A stretch of DNA of 64,000 nucleotides from Chiloscyllium plagiosum (Eukaryota), in assembly GCF_004010195.1 (NCBI RefSeq), contig NC_057718.1, positions 71,943,271-72,007,270 of the forward strand, written 5' to 3'. Of this stretch, positions 42,241 to 53,100 are shown piece after piece; within the stretch, counting starts at the first letter, position 1; every line of letters starts with the position of its first letter. Under the pieces are notes generated by a model. The model ran no database searches and had not been told where the DNA came from. It saw only the letters and a list, made by a program, of their open reading frames with translations. Both the position numbers and the translations under genes were made by a program.

Positions 42241-45200
42241 CGCCAAAGCTTCAGCCGCACACAAATGTGTACACAGCCCCTCCCCACCATGAATTCCTCT
42301 TTCCAGACTGTATAAATGTTTCAGGCTCCATACTCAGTGCACTGCAACAGTAGGGTCTCTCATCCAGTCCCACTGATGGTGGAAAAATACTAAAACAGGA
42401 ACCAAAAAGCTTTGCTCCTTCTCACAGAATCATAATCGAAAATTGTTGTGATTTGAAAGTGAGGACTGCAGACATTGGAAAGTCAGAGTCAAAAAAGCAT
42501 GGTATGGGAAAAGCACAGCAGGAAAGGCAGCAGCTCAGGAGCGGAAGAGTCAACATTTCGGGCACAAGACCTTCATCTGTTGGTTTTGAAACTTCCATTT
42601 CAGATCTTCAAACAATAGATGTTGGACAGAATGTTGTTGATCATATTCCCGTCAAAAGGGACGGTTTGATTTAGAAGATCTTCAAAGTGCTCTCTCCAAC
42701 CGGAATTGATGTCAGCACTGCTCTTCAGGATGGCTGAACAATTTTTGCTTTTGAGAGGGGCTTTGAGATGGGCCACAAATAGCTTTAGTTGTTGGCATCG
42801 CTTGTTGTTGGATTTCCTGAGCTTTCTTCCTCCACTATTGGTTTTTCAGGTTTCGGTGCTCTTCTGGACTGCCGCTGATTGGTGGTTATTTTGTAAGGTG
42901 GTGAAAGCTTTTCTCTTTTCATCGATAAGTTATTGGAGTAGTTTGTCATTATCATCAAACCAATCCTGATGGGTTTTTATCTTGAACCCAATAGGTTCTT
43001 TGCAGGAGGTGATGATAGCAGTGTTCTTCTACAGATGGTGGGATTTGAGGCAGTTGTTCTTGAAGATTTTGTTGGAACTTCTATACATGGTTGATGCCTT
43101 GAAGGATGCCAACACTGAATTTCTTGAAAATATTCTGATTTTGGTGTTTCCTTTTGAGCCGAATCTTCATTCTCATGGTGGACGAGATGAGTCGATGGTC
43201 TGCCCAGCACTCGTCGGCACCAGTAACAGCTCTTGTTATCAGTACATCTTGTTGGTCCCATGATGTAGTCGATGAGATGCCAGTGTTTGGGGTGTGGATG
43301 CTGCCAGGAGATTTTTTGTCTGTTTTTCTGACGAAATAGGGTGCTTGTAATCACCAGAGTGGGTTCAGCACATGTGGTGAGGAGGTCTGTTCTATTGGCA
43401 TTGACCTCGCCAACTCCTTAATTGCTTATCATTCCAGTCCAGAGCCTATGATCTTTTCCGACTCTGGCGCTGGAGTCTCCCAAGTCTCTTGTCGTAGTTG
43501 GGAACAGAGGAAAGGACGTCATCAAGTTGGGCATAGAAGTTTAATTTTTGGAGTTCCCGGGCAACAAAGGCAGTTCTCCTCTCTGGTCGGTCTGAGTTTG
43601 GGTTATCTTTCAGAGTTCGTATATTCCAGATTCCAAATTTCATAGCTTCATTTCTCAATGTTTTTCGATCGCATGGCGATGATCTCTTTGGATGTGGCTT
43701 TCCAGACAGGATGGGGTGAAGCAGGCTATTTTTAGGGCACCTCTTCTAGCCATCTCCTAGTTTAGGGTGAGCAGAGTGAATCCAAAATAGGGCTGCTCAG
43801 ACGTGAATACTGCAACCAAACAACTTTCCTGCTTCTGTCCAAAAGTTGAGCGACTGAATCAACTTTTCACTGCTTTCCTGCCGGTTCTTGACTAGGAACT
43901 TTCAGCCATCGCATTGCCTGCTCTCGTCGCTCTCCCCCGCTTGCCAAAAGACTTGAAGTGATCCACAGAACGAAGATGCCTGTGCGTGTATTTGTTTAAT
44001 ATGTACGTGATTATGCACTCCAAGAAGCACACAGCACTTCACAAATCAATCAACTGATTCCAATGGCATGGAAACCACGATGATTGGAGCTGATAGATTT
44101 GTTGCAGCCTTCATTCGCCTTCACACACGTTGAGTTCGGACTAACTTTGTCTCCCTGTTCCACCGTTGAGGTCTTGGTTGGACTGTTTTTCATCAGGGAC
44201 CTTACCGCCATACCAGAAGCATAGCTCCAGACGGCATCGTTCACGAGATCTCAGGACCACACAAGCTACTCCACAATGACAAGGTGACAATCACGGAGAG
44301 ATATCCACTTTTTACATGCTCAAAACAACTAGAAAAGTTAGGTTCTGAACTACCTTCTTGAAATGTATAATGTTTTGCTATTATGTGATGAGCTGAATTG
44401 TGGAAAACAGTCATTTTAGCATTAAAGTAATTTGCAGTCTCTGAGCAATTGTGATCTTGAGCCACAACACATTTTTGTCCTATAAAGCAGCTAAACCAGC
44501 TGGTTTTTATTCTGAAACCTTTGCTGGACTCAAGGAGTTCAACTTGGCTCATTTAAGTACCTACCCACATATTGCATTTTGGCTGACAACACAACCATTT
44601 TGACAATTTCCTATGACCGATTCCAATACATGTTTCTCAAAACTTCCTTTTCTCATAGTAGATTTGATCCTAAGCACCTTCTTCTCAGTAGATTCCTTGT
44701 TCTTTCATTTTTGCATCGACTCTTTCACTAACAGCAAACTCCCTCCACTGCAGAGTTTTTTGACAAGTTAGCAAATATTTTCCGTTTAAATTTGAAGTCA
44801 GTTTCACACTTCAATTGCTTTCTTGTGTACAGTCTACTCTGTGACTATGTCTCACATGTTTGTAACACAGACTGTACCGCTTGCTTTATCCTTTGCCCAG
44901 TAGTTAAAAAGTAAAGCATTCTTGTGTGGATTGAAAACATGAGGTTGACTGCAAGTATAGCACATTTGAGCTTGTAAAGGACTGACTTACACACTGAGAA
45001 AAGCAAAAAAAAAAAAAAAAATTGGGGGGCCACAAAAATGGTGTTGGCTTATATGCCATATCAAGTTTGTGTTGAAATCTACAGTATAAAAATGTATAAT
45101 CTTGGCACAAGGAAGCATCTGAAAGCTAACTGTGGATGTTCCATCATATCTTCCCATAAGGAAAACTCTGCATGATAAGAAGAGCACGCAAATCTAACTA

Positions 45201-45526
45201 AGGAGGTTCTGCAATGAATCCGTCATTATTTTGACAATATACAGAGTCAGCTTAATCTGATCAAGGTTTTCAACTGTATAATGTTGAAGTTAAATCTATA
45301 CTTTTAATGTTTAGGAAATTCATAAATCATTAATATTTTTTCGTAACTTAAATATTCAAAGTCTTTGATTCACAGAATTAGATGTCCTGCTTTTGTCTTT
45401 TTGATACACTTAATTAACAAAATTACATTAAATTATATTCATACTTAATATGATATCAGTTTTGGTAGAAGTACATATATGACCACAGTAATTTTCAAGT
45501 TAAAATTGCTGATCCAACCTCTGTAC

Positions 45527-45693
45527 CTGAGTAGGACTTTCCAGCGTGTAAATATGCTCTCCATGATTATTATAAAATTTAACAGCAGCATTTTTCACTA
45601 CTGGAAGACTTCCCGACTCATAAAGTTGACTCTCTTTTTCCATGCCTGCTACAGCAAGTAAGTTCCCCTGGCTGCTCCACTGTACAACTGCAT
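45527..45693 (-). CDS. TULP4: TULP4/TULP4-like internal coding exon (167 bp, phase 1/0), WD40 region
   Basis: ttctAG|AT GCA GTT GTA CAG TGG...CCT ACT CAG|GTACAG. Translates (D)AVVQWSSQGNLLAVAGMEKESQLYESGSLPVVKNAAVKFYNNHGEHIYTLESPTQ and is in frame with the preceding exon. Homologous to TULP4 VVAQWCTQGDLLAVAGMERQ...VKFYNVRGEHIFTL. Confidence 0.92.
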
Positions 45694-46989
45694 CTAGAAT
45701 AATAAGGTAGACAATAAAAGAATTACCACAATAAACTGACAAAGTACATCATTTAAGTTTTCAAAAATACAAACAATTGTTGCATAACTCAAAAGAAGTA
45801 TTTAAATGCTAGGTGTCATTTAATAAGTTCTTTATGTATTGAACAATAGACCTGAAACCTGTGGAAGGAAGGAGTTATTAATTATTATATACAGAAAGCA
45901 TTCATTGAAGTAATTGCATATGAAATACACAACTTATGTATGCAAAAATGCTTAAGTTTCACATAAAATCTCAAACTTATTCCATCTGTGAGGCAGTCGA
46001 AGTACATGGTTACCAGGGTCCTGTACTCTTCATCCAGCCATAACCTCCTTGTCTACACCCAAATAGCTGAGAGGACTGGCTCCATAAAAGCCAACTCAGA
46101 AATCAAAACATGTGAATATCAGAAGGGAAGAGGGAAGAACCACTCTCAATGATTTCATATATAATTTCGATACAGATAGCCTGCAACTAAAACGAAAAGT
46201 TTGAATCCATGATAACAATACAAATTGCTGGAAAAGCTCAACATGTGGAAAAGCTCAGCATCATCAATGGAAATAAATCAGAGTTAATGTTTTGGGTCCT
46301 CAGTTTGAACCTACGTACTGCTGTGCTTGTAACTACTTCAACTGTTCATTCTGATGCATTTATAAAACTTTAAAACAAGGTTCTGACTTAATATTTTTGT
46401 AGCAGGCCAAGCCTCTCCAACCGCCCAGATATATTCCCTGTACCTGACAAAGCGATCTGACAACTACTACTTTTCAGTGCAAAAGTGTTGTTGCCACAGT
46501 TTCACTTGCAATCATGCCGATTATAAAGCCACCACTCCAGCAGTCAAATTACTGCAGATGATAAAGTCCCTTACAGCTTCTATTCAAAAATCAATTCATG
46601 ACTTATATGTTGTGTAACATATTGTTCAACATTTCACTGTTGAAATCTGTCTCTGTTGTTAAATCATGTTCTTAAGGATTCACTCCATCTGCCTCTGTTT
46701 CATCCTTATGGTATTTAAAAAGCATTTATTGCTCATCCCTCGTGGCTATTGAGAATGTGTTGATGAGCTGCCTTCTTGAATTATCGTTGTCAATGTGCTG
46801 TACATAGAGTTACAACACAGTTATGGAGGAATTTGAAGCAAAGATACTTAAAGAAGGCCCATATTTTTCCACATTACGATGGTGATTGACTTGTAAGGGA
46901 ACTTGCAGTGCGTGGGAATCCCATGTATCTGATGCCCTCGTCCTTCGTTTGTGGGTTTGGAAGGTTCTGGTTGAGGAACTTTAGGGAAC

Positions 46990-47550
46990 AGGTTCAATTC
47001 CAGACTGTGTGTGGAGTTTGCACATCTTTGGGTTTCGTCCAAAGATGGGCGGCACGGTGGCACAGTGGTTAGCACTGCTGCCTCACAGCGCCAGAGACCC
47101 GGGTTCAATTCCCGACTCAGGCGACTGACTGTGTGGAGTTTGCACGTTCTCCCCGTGTCTGCGTGGGTTTCCTTCGGGTGCTCCGGTTTCCTCCCACAGT
47201 CCAAAGATGTGCGGGTCAGGTGAATTTGCCATGCTAAATTGCCCGTAGTGTTAGGTTAAAGGGGTAAATGTAGGGGTATGGGTGGGTTGCGCTTCGGCGG
47301 GTCGGTGTGGACTTGTTGGGCCGAAGGGCCTGTTTCCACACTGTAAGTAATCTAATGTGCAAGTTAGGTGGACTGGCTACGTTGAGTTGCCCATAGTGTC
47401 CTGGGATGTGTAAGTTAGAGAACTATGAATGGGAAATGTAGGATTACAGGGATAGGGTACTGGAGGGCGAGCTTGGGAGGGATGCTCTTCGGAGAGTCTA
47501 CTTGTGGACTAGTTGGACCAAATGGCCCGTTTCCAACTGTAGGGATTCTA
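46990..47550 (+). mobile_element. Nested HE1 SINEs: a consensus-like full copy (~47047-47356) inside an older copy
   Basis: The inner copy starts GGGCGGCACGGTGGCACAGTGGTTAGC and retains CpGs. The outer copy continues on both sides. Confidence 0.88.
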
Positions 47551-47924
47551 TGCAAAAGCTGACTGCTCAGTACCAAGGTTCAGGCCATCTGCTCAATGCT
47601 GGAGAGGATCTCACAGTGTGATGGGTAGGATCCAATCATTGTTGTTTTGGTCAACCAATGTCATGGGCATTGCACGGCCAGTAATCTATTTGATCTATTC
47701 ATTGGATGTGATCTTCACTGATTTGGCCAATACTTATTGGTATCCCTATTAGCCCTTCAAAAGCGGGTGGTAAGATGCCTACTTGAACCACTGGAATCTG
47801 TTCAGTGTAGGTATAACTAGAATGTTTTTAGAAATGGAGTCCCAGGATTTTGACCCTTAAAGTGGCACAAAAGGAACAGCAATATATTTCCAAGTCAGAA
47901 TGATGCATGGCTTGAAGAGAACCT

Positions 47925-48224
47925 CAAAGTTTGGGTGAAGATTTGTAGCTCGGGTGCTCGTTGTTGTGGTTCTGTTCGCCAAGCTGGAAATTTTTGTTGC
48001 AAACGTTTCATCCCCTGTCTAGATGACATCCTCAGCTATACCGGCCACTACAGCGGACAGCTGAAACTGACAACCGGAAGCAGCAGGGACAGGCCACTAT
48101 AAATGCCGGAGGAAACACCACAGAAGCGCTTCACAGGAGGCTCCCAAGCACTGAGGATGTCACCTAGACAGGGGACGAAACATTTGCAACAAAAATTTCC
48201 AGCTCGGCGAACAGAACCACAACA
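47925..48224. mobile_element. PLE termini in inverted arrangement, each with a hammerhead motif
   Basis: 13 bp TSD TTGAAGAGAACCT at 47912-47924 and 48225-48237. Cores at ~47998-48036 (-) and 48148-48187 (+). Confidence 0.88.
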
Positions 48225-48499
48225 TTGAAGAGAACCTGTAGACCATGGTGTCCCCATCTCTCTGCTGCCATCTTCAATTTTGATGGAGAGCAAATCTATT
48301 TGGGGGCAGGCAGGAATATGGATTAATTAGATCAGCAATAATTTTGTTGAATAGCAGAATGAGAGCAAGACACTAAATCCTGCTCCTAATTCATATGCTC
48401 ACATGTAGATTAATCGCCAGTCACACCTTATGACACTGGTGCTCCCTTGCCAGTACAGGATGCCTCCAAGTTCACATTGGCCTGACGTCTAAATCCAAT

Positions 48500-48825
48500 C
48501 CAGCACAGTGGCTCAGTGGATAGCATTGCTGCCTCACACAGTCAGGGACCAGTTTGATTCCACCCTCGGGTGACTGTCTGTGTGGAGGCTGCACATTCTC
48601 ACTGTGTCTGTCAGTGTTTCCTTCCAGGTGCTCTGGCTTCCTCCCACAGTCCAAATTTCCCACAGTGTTCAGGGATGTGCAGGATGGGTGAGTTAGCCAT
48701 GGAAAATGCAGGGTTACTGGATAGGATAGGAGGTGGTGGGTCTGGGTGGGATGCACTCCAGAGCGTCAGTTTGAACTTGATGGGCCAATTGGCCTGTTTC
48801 CACGCTGTAGAGATTTTTTGAATCT
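48500..48825 (+). mobile_element. HE1 SINE
   Basis: Head and tail motifs. Confidence 0.82.
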
Positions 48826-49559
48826 ATTTTACTACAAATAAGGCATGGTGATCATTATGAGATATTTTAATTTAGGGACTTTATGAGCAGTTTATCTTTT
48901 TTTTCAGGCTAACTGCTTAGAACAGCATAATCTGCAGCCAACCAGACAGCAGACTATTTTAGACCTTGTTCTGTAGAATTAATTAATTATACCAAAGTGA
49001 AGAGGGTAGCAGCAACCATAATATGATTGAATTTTACAATTAGTTTGAGGGAGAGAAGTGTGGTTCTGAGACTTTTATCAGATATATATGAGGGCAACAG
49101 AACTGGTATAGTGAACTGGGAAATTAGCTTAAAGAATAGATAAAGAGAGATAGTGGCAGACACTTAAGGAGATAATTCATAATAACCAGAACAGATACAT
49201 TCCAAAGAGTAACAAAGATTCACCCACCAACCATGGTTAATTGGAAAGATTCAAGATTCAAACTTAAAAATAGCATACAGTGCAAATACTGGTGGCAGCT
49301 CAGAAGATTGGACATTAAAAACGACCAACCAAAAAATGAATAAAAGGAAAATTAGAGCATGAGAGGAGGTTAGTCAGAAATATAAAAACAGAAAATTGGC
49401 TACGTAAAAATATTGAAAAGAGGAAAGTTAACAAAGTGATCTGAAATTTATCTGAAGAATAAGTAAGTATTTTGCATCCGTTTCCACTGCAGGTAACACC
49501 CCAGAAGCAGCCACAAATCAGGAAATGGAAGGTGACGAGATGTCAGGAATGTCATAATC

Positions 49560-49897
49560 ACTGAATCCCCAGTGTGGAAACAGGTCGTTTGGCCCAACAA
49601 GTCCACACCAACCATCTAATGAGTATCCTACCCCAGAGTTGTCCCCTATTCTATCCTTGTAACTCTGCAATTTCCTGTGGTTATTGCACCTAATCTACAC
49701 ATCCCTGAACACTATGGAGAATTTAGCATGGCCAATCCACCTAAACAGGGACATCTTTGGACTGTGGGAGGAAACCAGAATACCTGAAGGAAACCCATGC
49801 AGACATGGGGAGAACATGTAAACTGCACAGAGACAGTCATCTAAGGTTGGGATCAAACCTTTGCACTGTGACGCAGCAGTGTCAACCACCGAGCCAT
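49560..49897 (-). mobile_element. HE1 SINE
   Basis: Reverse-complement head and tail motifs. Confidence 0.82.
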
Positions 49898-50282
49898 TCC
49901 AGAATTAGTACGGGACAAATTATTTGAGCTGCAAGCTGAAAAGTATCTAGGTCCTGTTGGATTTCAACCAAAGGACTTTAAAAAGTGGTTAGAAAGATAT
50001 TGGTTTTAACTTCCAAATTTCTCTTATATCAATAAAGGTCCCATTAAATTGGCAGCTAGTAAATGATGATAAAGACATAGAATATGCAAAGTTGTAGGAA
50101 AGAAACTGCAACCATATTTGTAACCATGGAAATGGTCAGCTCAGAGAAAAAAAATGAGAGGCAAACTGTGTAGTGATTGTAATGAGGTCAGCCAGATAGA
50201 CCTCAGAATAAGAGTTCCCTGATTGGGTCTGTTAATCTGGTCCAATCAGGGAGCCCCAACTGACAGATATTAAAGGTGCATC

Positions 50283-52300
50283 TCTGGCCAAACTGTCCAT
50301 AAACAGGTTCAGGTAGCAGGCCGTGGAGGGGGTCATTAGGGCCGACTGACTGCCCCTCTTCCACGGTTACATTAGGGCCGGGGTGTCCTTGGAAAGGAGC
50401 ACGCGGTGTCCACCAACACCCTGGAGTTGTTCAGGGAGAGGTGGGCGCCGCAGGGAGTGGAGTGTATTATTTCCCTCTCCAATTCGATTTAATCTCTGCC
50501 CTCCCCTTCACTGTCTGCTCGCACAGCATTGCCCTTTGATGAGAAGGGCACTTCTTGTCACTGGCCTTTCGGGTGTTTCCTTTCTTCCTGGTGATGGAAA
50601 CCGAATAAAGATTTGTGCACCTTGTATCTTTCACTGTGTCCCACACCTGCACACACACAACATGGGTGCTGGGGGAAAAAATAAGCACTACCGCAGTTAG
50701 GCAGTAGTGTGGGGATTAAAAAAAACCCAGAAGGGTCACACCAGGACACACAAAAAAAAAGAAAAAAAAAAAAAAGAGTATCCCTGGCCAAACTGGCCAT
50801 AAACAGATCCAGGCAGCAGGCCATGGAGGGGATCGTTAGGGCCGACTGCTTGCCCCTCTTCCGCGGTTACGTTAGAGCCTGGGTGTCTCTGGAAAAGGAG
50901 CATGCAGTATCCATCGACACCCTGGAGTTGTTCAGGGAGAGGTGGGCGCCGCAGTGAGTGGAGTGTATTACTTCCCTCTCCAATTCGATTTAATCTCTGC
51001 CCTCCCCTTCACTGTCTGCTCGCACAGCATTGCCCTTTGATGAGAAGAGCACTTCTTGTCACTGGCCACTCGGGTGTTTCTTTTCTTCCAGGTAGTGGAA
51101 ATTTGAATAAAGATTTGTGCACCTTGTGTCTCACACCTGCACACACACAACATGGGTGCTGGGGGAAAAAAAATAAGCACTACCGCAGTTAGGCAGTAGT
51201 GTGGGGGTTAAGGGAAAAAAACTGTAAAAAAAATATAAGAGATGCATTCCTGGCCAAACTGGCCATAAACAGGTCCAGGCAGCAGGCTGTGGAGGGGGTC
51301 ATTAGGGCCGACTGCCTGCCCCTCTTCCGTGGTTACGTTAGAGCCCGGGTGTCTCTGGAAAAGGAGCACGCGGTGTCCACCAACACCCTGGAATTGTTCA
51401 GGGAGAGGTGGGCGCCACAGGGAATGGAGTGCATTATTTTCCTCTCCAACTCTATCTTGATTTGATCCCTGCCCTGCCCCTCACTGTTTGATCACACAGC
51501 ATTGCCCTTTGATGACACAGCATTGCCCTTTGATGTGAAGGGCACTGCTTATCACAGGCCACTCGGGTATTTCCTTTCTTCCTGGTGGTGGAAATTTGAA
51601 TAAAGATTCATGCACCTTGTGTCTTTCACTGTGTCTCACACATGCTTGGGTGCTGGGGAAAACATAAGCACTACCACAGTTAGGCGGTAGTGTGGGGGTA
51701 AAAAGAAGAAAAAAATAGAAAAAAAGAATAAAAAAGATAAACAGGAGCGTCAGAGGTTCTGTTCACTCTAAGAGCTGGCTCTGAGGGACCTGGATTAAGG
51801 ACTCTCCATGTGTAAATAAAGGGCGACTTGGTAAGAAAAAAAAAAGAAATAAAAGGAGTATCCCTGGCCAAACTGGCCATAAACAGGTCCAGCGGGCAAT
51901 GGAGGGGGTAGTTAGGGCCAACTTCCTGCCCCTTTTCCGCGATTATGTTAGAGCCCGGGTGTCTCTGGAGAAGGAGCACGCAGTGTCCACCAACACCCTG
52001 GAGATGTTCAGGGAGAGGTGGGCGCCGCAGGGAATGGAGTGTATTAGTTCCCCGTCCAATTCTATTTTGATTTAACCCCTGCCCTGCCTTTCACTGTTTG
52101 ATCACACAGCATTGCCCTTTGATGTGAAGGGCACTGCTTGTCACTGCCCACGCGGGTGTTTCCTTTCTTCCTGGTGGTGGAAATTTGAGTAAAGATTTGT
52201 GCACCTTGTATCTTTCACGGTGTCTCACACCTGCACACACCTGCTGAGAAAAAAATAAGCACTACTGCATTTAGGCGGTGGTGTGGGGTTAAAAAAAAGA
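50283..52300 (+). repeat. Tandem array of four ~430-450 bp Tx1-derived 3' units inside the LTR (starts 50283, 50783, 51249, 51863)
   Basis: Each unit starts (C/T)CTGGCCAAACTG, is homologous to ~36163-36500 plus ~100 bp extra 3' sequence, and ends in an A-rich tail followed by a copy of the LTR target motif. Confidence 0.92.
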
Positions 52301-52761
52301 ACAGAAGTGTCAAACATCCTGTTAAAAAAATAAAAAAGGAGTATCAAAGGTTCTGCTCACTCAGAGCTGGCTCAGTATCGAGATCTCTCCACATTTCAAT
52401 AGAGGGTGACTTGGTGACGGGATACTCGCCTCTGTTGAGTCATTTCAGTGATAACAAGAGAAAGCATACCCCCGAAGAAATTCGCTTACAACTGTCATCT
52501 GGGGTAAATAGTTCTGGCAATATTCCTTTATTTGGAACGTTTGACTTGTTTGAACCTGCCAGTATGTGGAAGGAATGCAATATCTTTCTGGGCAAATGAC
52601 ACTGGGACAGATGAAAACCAAAAGGCAATTCCTCTGACAGCTTGTGGACCCACAGCTTTTTCAATTATTAGGAGCCTGGACACCCCTGCCAGTCTGACCA
52701 AGCATGGGGAATACCACCTGAGTGAAAGCAATTCCATAGCCTCACTCAGGACACTCAGTGT

Positions 52762-53100
52762 GGGCAGCACGGTGGCTCAGTGGTTAGCAGTGCTGCCTCA
52801 CAGCGACAGGGATCCAGGTTAAAGTCCCACCTCCAGCGATTGTCTGTGTGGAGTTCGCACATTCTCCCAATGTCTACATGGGTTTCGTCTGGGTGCTCCG
52901 GGTTCTTCCCACAATCCAAAGATGTGCATGTTAGGTGAACTGGCCATGCTAAATTGCCTATAATGTTAGGTGCGTTAGTCAGAGCTAAAATATAGGGTAG
53001 GGGAATAGGTCTGGATGGATTACTCTTCAGAGAGTCAGTGTGGACTTGTTGGGCCGAAGGGCCTGTTTCCATACTATAGGGAATCTAATCTAATCTAATC
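52762..53100 (+). mobile_element. HE1 SINE in Gypsy gag
   Basis: Full head and (TCTAA)n tail. Confidence 0.9.

Larger units (their letters stand above)
40790..44060 (-). mobile_element. Degraded RTE-clade LINE (5'UTR, endonuclease, start of RT) with nested insertions
   Basis: MKFGIWNIRTLKDNPNSDRPERRTAFVAREL, SWQHPHPKHWHLIDYI and GIPAEMYKIGG motifs. Confidence 0.88.

Noticed and set aside
41626..42315. Plus-strand ORFs of 148 and 80 aa
   Set aside because: Antisense shadows of the zinc-finger repeat
46010..46200. Possible extra minus-strand exon (strong acceptor TTTTCGTTTTAGTTGCAG near 46181-46198)
   Set aside because: No TULP4-like peptide follows it, and the neighbouring exons already join in frame
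47047..47125. tRNA gene (A/B boxes, cloverleaf-like head)
   Set aside because: It is the tRNA-derived head of an HE1 SINE and continues into SINE body and CR1 tail. The same applies to the other HE1 copies.
50283..52300. CRISPR-like or satellite interpretation of the tandem array
   Set aside because: The units are ~440 bp poly(A)-tailed LINE 3' ends in a eukaryotic context, with no short repeat-spacer structure
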